Source: Eledone cirrhosa
Taxonomy: Eukaryota
Assembly (NCBI GenBank): GCA_964016885.1
Contig: OZ024753.1
Coordinates: 40,858,001-40,922,000 of the forward strand
Length of the DNA stretch: 64,000 bases
Direction of reading: 5' to 3'
A model generated the notes under the pieces. The model had not been told where the DNA came from, did no database searches, and was given only the letters and a program-made list of their open reading frames with translations. How positions within the stretch are numbered: the first letter of the stretch is position 1; each line of letters starts with the position of its first letter. Position numbers and translations under genes: made by a program. This document shows positions 57,846-64,000 of the stretch, in pieces.

Positions 57846-59289
57846 CTGCCTGGATTTGTGACCGGTAGATAGTATTGTATTGTCAATTGGAAAGACTAAT
57901 GGAAACACTGTTACCTCGGTCCGATTTGACGAGCTCCACCCCACTCGATAAGCGAATGAGGTCTGGTGTCTTGTCGATCGACTTTGTTTTTATTAGTGTT
58001 TTGTTTTTATTAGATATGTCTCGATTATTTTTTAAGCCTCTGTGTTGTCACTTGTTCTGCTAAATGTAGCAGCCAAATCTTGCTCAATCAATATCTTCAT
58101 TGTGGTAGGCTTAAGACTAAACAACAACAAAAAAACATCATCAAAGATAAAACAAGTAAAAGCAGTAACACCTGTAACGAGTCAATGAAAATATCAATGT
58201 GTTCAATTAATTTGCTAGAAATAGCAGCTAATTTCTCCCTCTACCCAGCACCCACCACCGTCTTAAAAACAGAATCACACTTCTGAAATAATCATCGAAT
58301 AATTATTGTGACTATAACTATCTTTCACACTAACGTTTTGTGATAAAGGGCTTATTAGTGGCTAAACAACAATCTAAATAACAAATTCAACAGCCTACGC
58401 CGAAAAGGACCTATGAGGGGTTGTGTACAAGGTATGAATCATGCTTCAGCTTGGGTATTTCTTACGTTTTCAGAAGTTTTATCCATACGTTGAAGACCTG
58501 CCTTTACATTTTAGAAAGGTGCACCGAAAAAAATGGGGTACACTCCTTGTAAATTTATTTTTAGAGATGTTTGTAGCAAGATGATGAAACAAACACAATG
58601 TCATTTCCTCTTCCATTACTTCGAGAACAATTTCTCTTTTCATTCTCCTTCCCTGATAACCTAGCCTGTTATTCAAGAAGATTAGTTAATAGTAGACATA
58701 TCAGATATATATCAGACAGCGAACATAATACAGACAGCTGCATCGTGCAAATGTTAGAGATCGAGATAAACAACAATTTTATTACTTTGACATGAGCTCA
58801 TATATATATTTATATATGTTTGTATGGTTTTCTTCGCGATCTATTTAATCTCATCTGTGCAGAATTTAAGCTGGTCACTAAAAAAGGAGTCAAGACACTT
58901 CTGTTTGAGCCAAGAATTTGTAAATATATGAGTTAGTTAATATATACATATACGTAGGTGTAAGTGTGAATGTACTTGCACATGTTATTGTTGTATATAA
59001 GAGAGAAATAGTGATTTCTTTTATATACTTATACACAAGTATACGAGTTAATGTATAAAATGTGTTATCGCTTTTCATAGTTTTCTCTTTGCTGATTTCT
59101 TTTTTTTTTTTTAGTTTTTTTCTTTTTTTTAACCTGTAACTTCTTAAAATACCCCCTAAAACTCCGTATTGACATTCGGCGTTTTCGGGGCATTTTAAAG
59201 TTAGCGGAACACATCTCATTTCCAGGCATGAGTACAGTAGATTTCTTCTAGAGAAGGATAGAAAGTGAAAAAGAGATATAGAGAAAGGA

Positions 59290-59822
59290 TAGACCCTAGT
59301 ACTGGACTGGTATATTTTTTATCGATCTCGAAAGGATGAAAGGCAAAGTTGGCCTCGGTGGGATTTGAACTCAGAGCGAAGAGAGTTGGAAGGAATACCA
59401 CAAAACATTCCATTCGATGATTTACTATTTGTATTGAGGCTACATTAGTCTTTTATTATTATGGATTGGCAGTATTGGGAGAGGGTCGGACGCCATGCTT
59501 TGACGCATAGAGTTACGGCCCTTGCCATTCTGAGTTCAAATCCCGCCAAGGTTAACTTTGCTTTTCATCCTTACGGGGTCGATAAAATAAAGTACCAGTA
59601 ATACACTGGGGTAATTGCTGGCCTTGTGCCTAAAGTAGAAACAATTATTATTCACATCTTGTCGGTGAATTAGCAGTATCACTAGAGCGTCAGACACCAC
59701 GCTTTATAGCATAGAGTTATGGCCTTTACGTTCTGAGTTCAAATCTTGCCAAGGTTAACTTTGCCGTCCAGTAATACACTGGGGTAATTGCTGGCCTTGC
59801 GCCAAAAGTAGGAAACAATTAT
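59290..59822. mobile_element. Cluster of three SINE copies (59290-59410 -, 59462-59648 +, 59662-59822 +)
   Basis: Family motifs on both strands. Confidence 0.85.
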
Positions 59823-60856
59823 TCATATGTTGGATTTTTTATTGAAATATAGATCGATTCCTGTACTTGACTAATATTTTATTTTATCGACTCCAAAAGG
59901 ATAGATTACACCATTGATCTCCAGAGGTTGTAAAATCACGGAAACAAATACCACAAGGAATTTTATCTGAAGCTCTATCGATTTGCCAATTCTCTTACTA
60001 AACAAAAAAAAAATGTTTCCACAGCTGAACAAGTGAACGTCTGGCTAAACAGGAACAGGTGCTAACGACAATGTCAAGGCGGTGTTACAATTTGTTATCT
60101 CCCAAAAATGTAATATATACTTTCATCATTCAAGTGTGAAATGAACCATCATCATTTCAGACCATTTTCTACTTCTAAAACTGAAAGAATTTTTAAATGA
60201 AATTGCTTTTTTTTTTTTTAAGTATTAAAATATTCCTATTTATCTTGACTTGTTCATAATACTTCTGATTTCATCGACATATTTTTAATGTTAAATCATT
60301 AAACACTTCTAAAAACATTAAGGGTGGGGCTGATAAACTTGAAGTTATTTTTGCACAGTTAACTACGTAAAAACTAGTTTTATAGGTTTGTTTCATTGGA
60401 ATTTTAAATAATTGTATTTTTCGTTTTTTTGTTTTTTTTTCAATTTAATTTTTTTTTTTTCTGGCATTTTTTGTTATATTAAGTTTCAAATTTATTTAAA
60501 CTTTTATTTTTATTTTCATTCCATTCTTCATAGTTCTGAAACTATAAATCATAAGACGCAATAAATTAATCGAAAATTAATAATCTAAAATTAATATCTA
60601 AGAAATGGCATATTCTTTTAATTTATGGCAATCGAAAGTCTAACACATTGGAGTGTAAATCGATTTGGTTCTATCCTATCACATCTTTAAGTTAATGTGG
60701 AAGAAAAGATTGTTTAATGAAAATATATAGAAATATAAATATAACGAATAGAATATCAAAGAGAAGAGGAAAAGTGAAATTCTTTCCAGGAATCAGATAT
60801 TTTGTGAAGTTTTACGTATCGTTTATTCACATAATGAAATATGTATTTATATATAT

Positions 60857-60890
<34 letters not shown>

Positions 60891-60954
60891 GCATATATGT
60901 GTGTATGCATTATATATATATGTATATTTATGTGTGTGTGTGATTTTTGTATCC

Positions 60955-61015
<61 letters not shown>

Positions 61016-61036
61016 TCCCTCTCTCTCTCTCTCTCT

Positions 61037-61099
<63 letters not shown>

Positions 61100-61455
61100 A
61101 AACACACAAATAGAACGTTAGAGTGACGGATAGAATGCTTTATGGCATTCATTCCGGTTCTCTGCTCTTTGAGTTTAAAACCGACCGAGGGCAACTTTGC
61201 CTTTCATCCTTTAGAGGTCGATAAAAAAAGTACCAGTTTAGTACTGCTGGGGTCGATATTCTTTCTCCGTTTCTTTCCTCCTTCAATTCTCTCACTCTCT
61301 GTACTACTCTGGAAGAAATCTGCTGTATTCAGACCTGGAGACGAGATCAGCTCCGCCAGGTTTGCAATGCCCAAGAAATGGTGTATATCAATACGGCGCC
61401 ATTACAACTCCACCAAGAGTTATGAGACCATACTATACTATACCAGAGAGGACTA

Positions 61456-61513
<58 letters not shown>

Positions 61514-61516
<3 letters not shown>

Positions 61517-61733
61517 AACGAGTAGGACCCCGGCGGCTGAGCTCAAGCCGTTTCGACGGCTAATTCTGAACTAAAAAGTGATTATAGTGTGATTTTAGTC
61601 CAGAATTAGCCGTCGAAACGGCTTGAGCTCAGCCGCCGGGGTCCTACTCGTTCCTATTACCCACTTTACTACCCTAAATATTGAGTACTTTGGTGCGTTA
61701 TGGTCCACTTGGTTCCTTACCACATTTCCTTCG

Positions 61734-61735
<2 letters not shown>
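61514..61735 (+). mobile_element. PLE pLTR-like element, family C (longest central hairpin)
   Basis: GACGGCTAATTCTGAACTAAAA...TTTTAGTCCAGAATTAGCCGTC GAAACGGCTTGAGCTCAGCCG. Confidence 0.8.
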
Positions 61736-61771
<36 letters not shown>

Positions 61772-61850
61772 CTTTAAATACTTCTATCTATCAAAGCAGA
61801 AATAAATATCGTTTCAAATTTAACTACTCTACAAAGAAAAATTCATCAAT

Positions 61851-62031
61851 AATTGTTTCTACTTTTGGCACAAGGACAGCAATTATCCCAGTGTATTACT
61901 GGTACTTTATTTTATCGACCACGTAAGGATGAAAGGCAAAGTTAACCTCGGCGGAATTTGAACTTAGACCATAAATGGCCGTAACGCTTTGCTGCAAAGC
62001 ATGGCGTCCGACCCTCTAACAATACTGCTAA
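61851..62031 (-). mobile_element. tRNA-derived SINE
   Basis: Family match. Confidence 0.85.
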
Positions 62032-62322
62032 TGAAACGGGTCTGCAATATTTGAAACATGTTATAAGACTGCAGTGATTTAAATATGCCGTGGGAATATC
62101 AAAACCTCTAAACCCTTCCAGCTAAATAGAAAACTTACACTGTTGATGGTTGAAAATTATCATCATTTCAACATCTTCTGTAGCCTCATAAATACGTCAT
62201 TTTGCTGTATTGTTACTTAGAGAAATAACCTTAAGAATAAGTTCACAGACTTTCCTCTGCATTTTCTATAACTTCCTTTACAGCTGGTATAATAATATCC
62301 ACTCTAATTGTATGTGACATTC

Positions 62323-62392
<70 letters not shown>

Positions 62393-62455
62393 TATCTTTC
62401 TATCTATCTATCTAACTAACGACCATAGACTGAATGACAGTAACATAGATAGAGA

Positions 62456-62551
<96 letters not shown>

Positions 62552-62574
62552 GAGAGAGAGAGATAGAGAGAGAG

Positions 62575-62643
<69 letters not shown>

Positions 62644-62901
62644 CATATATATCATTATTATTATTATTTTTCTTCTTCATTTTGTTTCGTTCAAGGATAT
62701 ATTGCAAGAAACACTAAATGTTAAAAATGTTAGTTAAGAAACTACATTTTAGTTGGTTGGGCGTTTTCCTGTCCTTTAGTTCAATGTCCTAAAGAAGAAG
62801 AAGAAGAAGAAGAAGAAGAAGAAGAAGAAGAAGAAGAAGAAGAAGAAGAAGAAGAAGAAGAAGACGACGACGACGACGACGAATAATAATAAGAATAAGA
62901 A

Positions 62902-62932
<31 letters not shown>

Positions 62933-63299
62933 AAGAAGAAGAAGAAGAAGAAGAAGAAGAAGAAGAAGAAGAAGAAGAAGAAGGAGGAAATTAAAAGCAA
63001 AGTTGCCACAAATGAGATTTGAAACCCTAACACAGAGAACTGAAGCAAGTACCATAAAGCCTTATATATTTAATATTCTAACAATTCTATGAATTGGCCG
63101 CCTTGATATAATTATGAGCCGGCATTAATATAAAGATATGGAAGAATTTCAATGTAAGATTGAGGGTTCTGGGAAGGGAGACAACTGTAAAATGTCACAA
63201 AATAATGATTTATACAGCAAAATTACTTGTAACTTGTATGTCGGAGTATTGAATCTGATATACAACATATGTCGTATAATGAGAGAGTGGAATTTAATA

Positions 63300-64000
63300 T
63301 GGGGTTGTTGTTGTAGATGGTGGTTGTGGTGGTGGTGGTTGTAGTGGTTGTGGTAGTGGTGGTAGTGGTGGTAGTGGTTGTGGTGGTGGTCGTAGTGGTG
63401 GTTGTGGTCGTGTTTGTTGTTGTGGGTGGTGGTGGTAGTGGTCGTGGTGGTTGTGGTGGTGGTCGTGGTGGTGGTCGTGGTGGTGGTCGTGGTGGTGGTT
63501 GTGGTCGTGGTTGTGGTCGTCGTGGTGGTTGTGGTGGTTGTGGTGGTGGTTGTGGTAGTGGTCGTGGTGGTGTTGGTGTTGGTGTTGGTTGTGGTGGTGG
63601 TTGTGGTCGTCGTGGTGGTTGTGGTGGTTGTGGTGGTTGTGGTGGTGGTTGTGGTAGTGGTCGTGGTGGTGTTGGTGTTGATTGTGGTGGTGTTGGTGGT
63701 GGTTGTGGTGGTGGTCGTGGTGGTGGTCGTGGTGGTGGTTGTGGTGGTGTTGGTGGTGGTTGTGGTGGTGGTCGTGGTGGTAGTGGTGATGGTTGTTGTC
63801 GTGGTGCTTGGGGTGGTAGTGGTGGTGATAGTGGTGGTTGTGGTGGTAGTAATGGTGGTGGTCGTGGTGGTTGTGGTGGTGGTAGTGATGGTGGTCGTGG
63901 TGGTTGTGGTGGTGGTTTTCGTGGTGGTCGTGGTGGTCGTGGTGGTAGTGGGGGTGGTGGTTGTGGTGGTGGCGGTCGTGCTTGTTATGGTGGTAATGGT
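63300..64000. repeat. Degenerate (GGT/TGT/CGT/AGT)n trinucleotide tract, runs off the window
   Basis: Directly visible. Confidence 0.9.

Overview
Eukaryotic, AT-rich, microsatellite-saturated non-coding DNA. The SINE families present match my recollection of Octopus (coleoid cephalopod) repeats; this taxon call is an inference. No intact protein-coding gene is visible, and almost all track ORFs are translations of (TA)n/(CA)n/(GA)n/triplet repeats. Recognisable content: ~20 copies of a tRNA-headed SINE with ATTAT-anchored target-site duplications, RTE and Penelope-like (PLE) ORF remnants, a full-length diverged U6 snRNA copy, a Tc1/mariner-type MITE and a 117-bp minisatellite. The main signal is a set of hammerhead-ribozyme (HHR)-bearing non-autonomous elements inserted in (TA)n tracts. 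The most striking is a near-identical 591-bp tandem array (30573-32689) capped by an inverted partial copy (32698-33094). Each unit carries a type I hammerhead with a non-canonical compensatory U3-A8 core (TTGATAA instead of CTGATGA), a large structured loop II and a palindromic stem III, consistent with a large retrozyme-like/PLE-mobilised self-cleaving RNA element. Several other short palindromic families carry complete or half hammerheads. All RNA structures were paired by eye and none has been tested.
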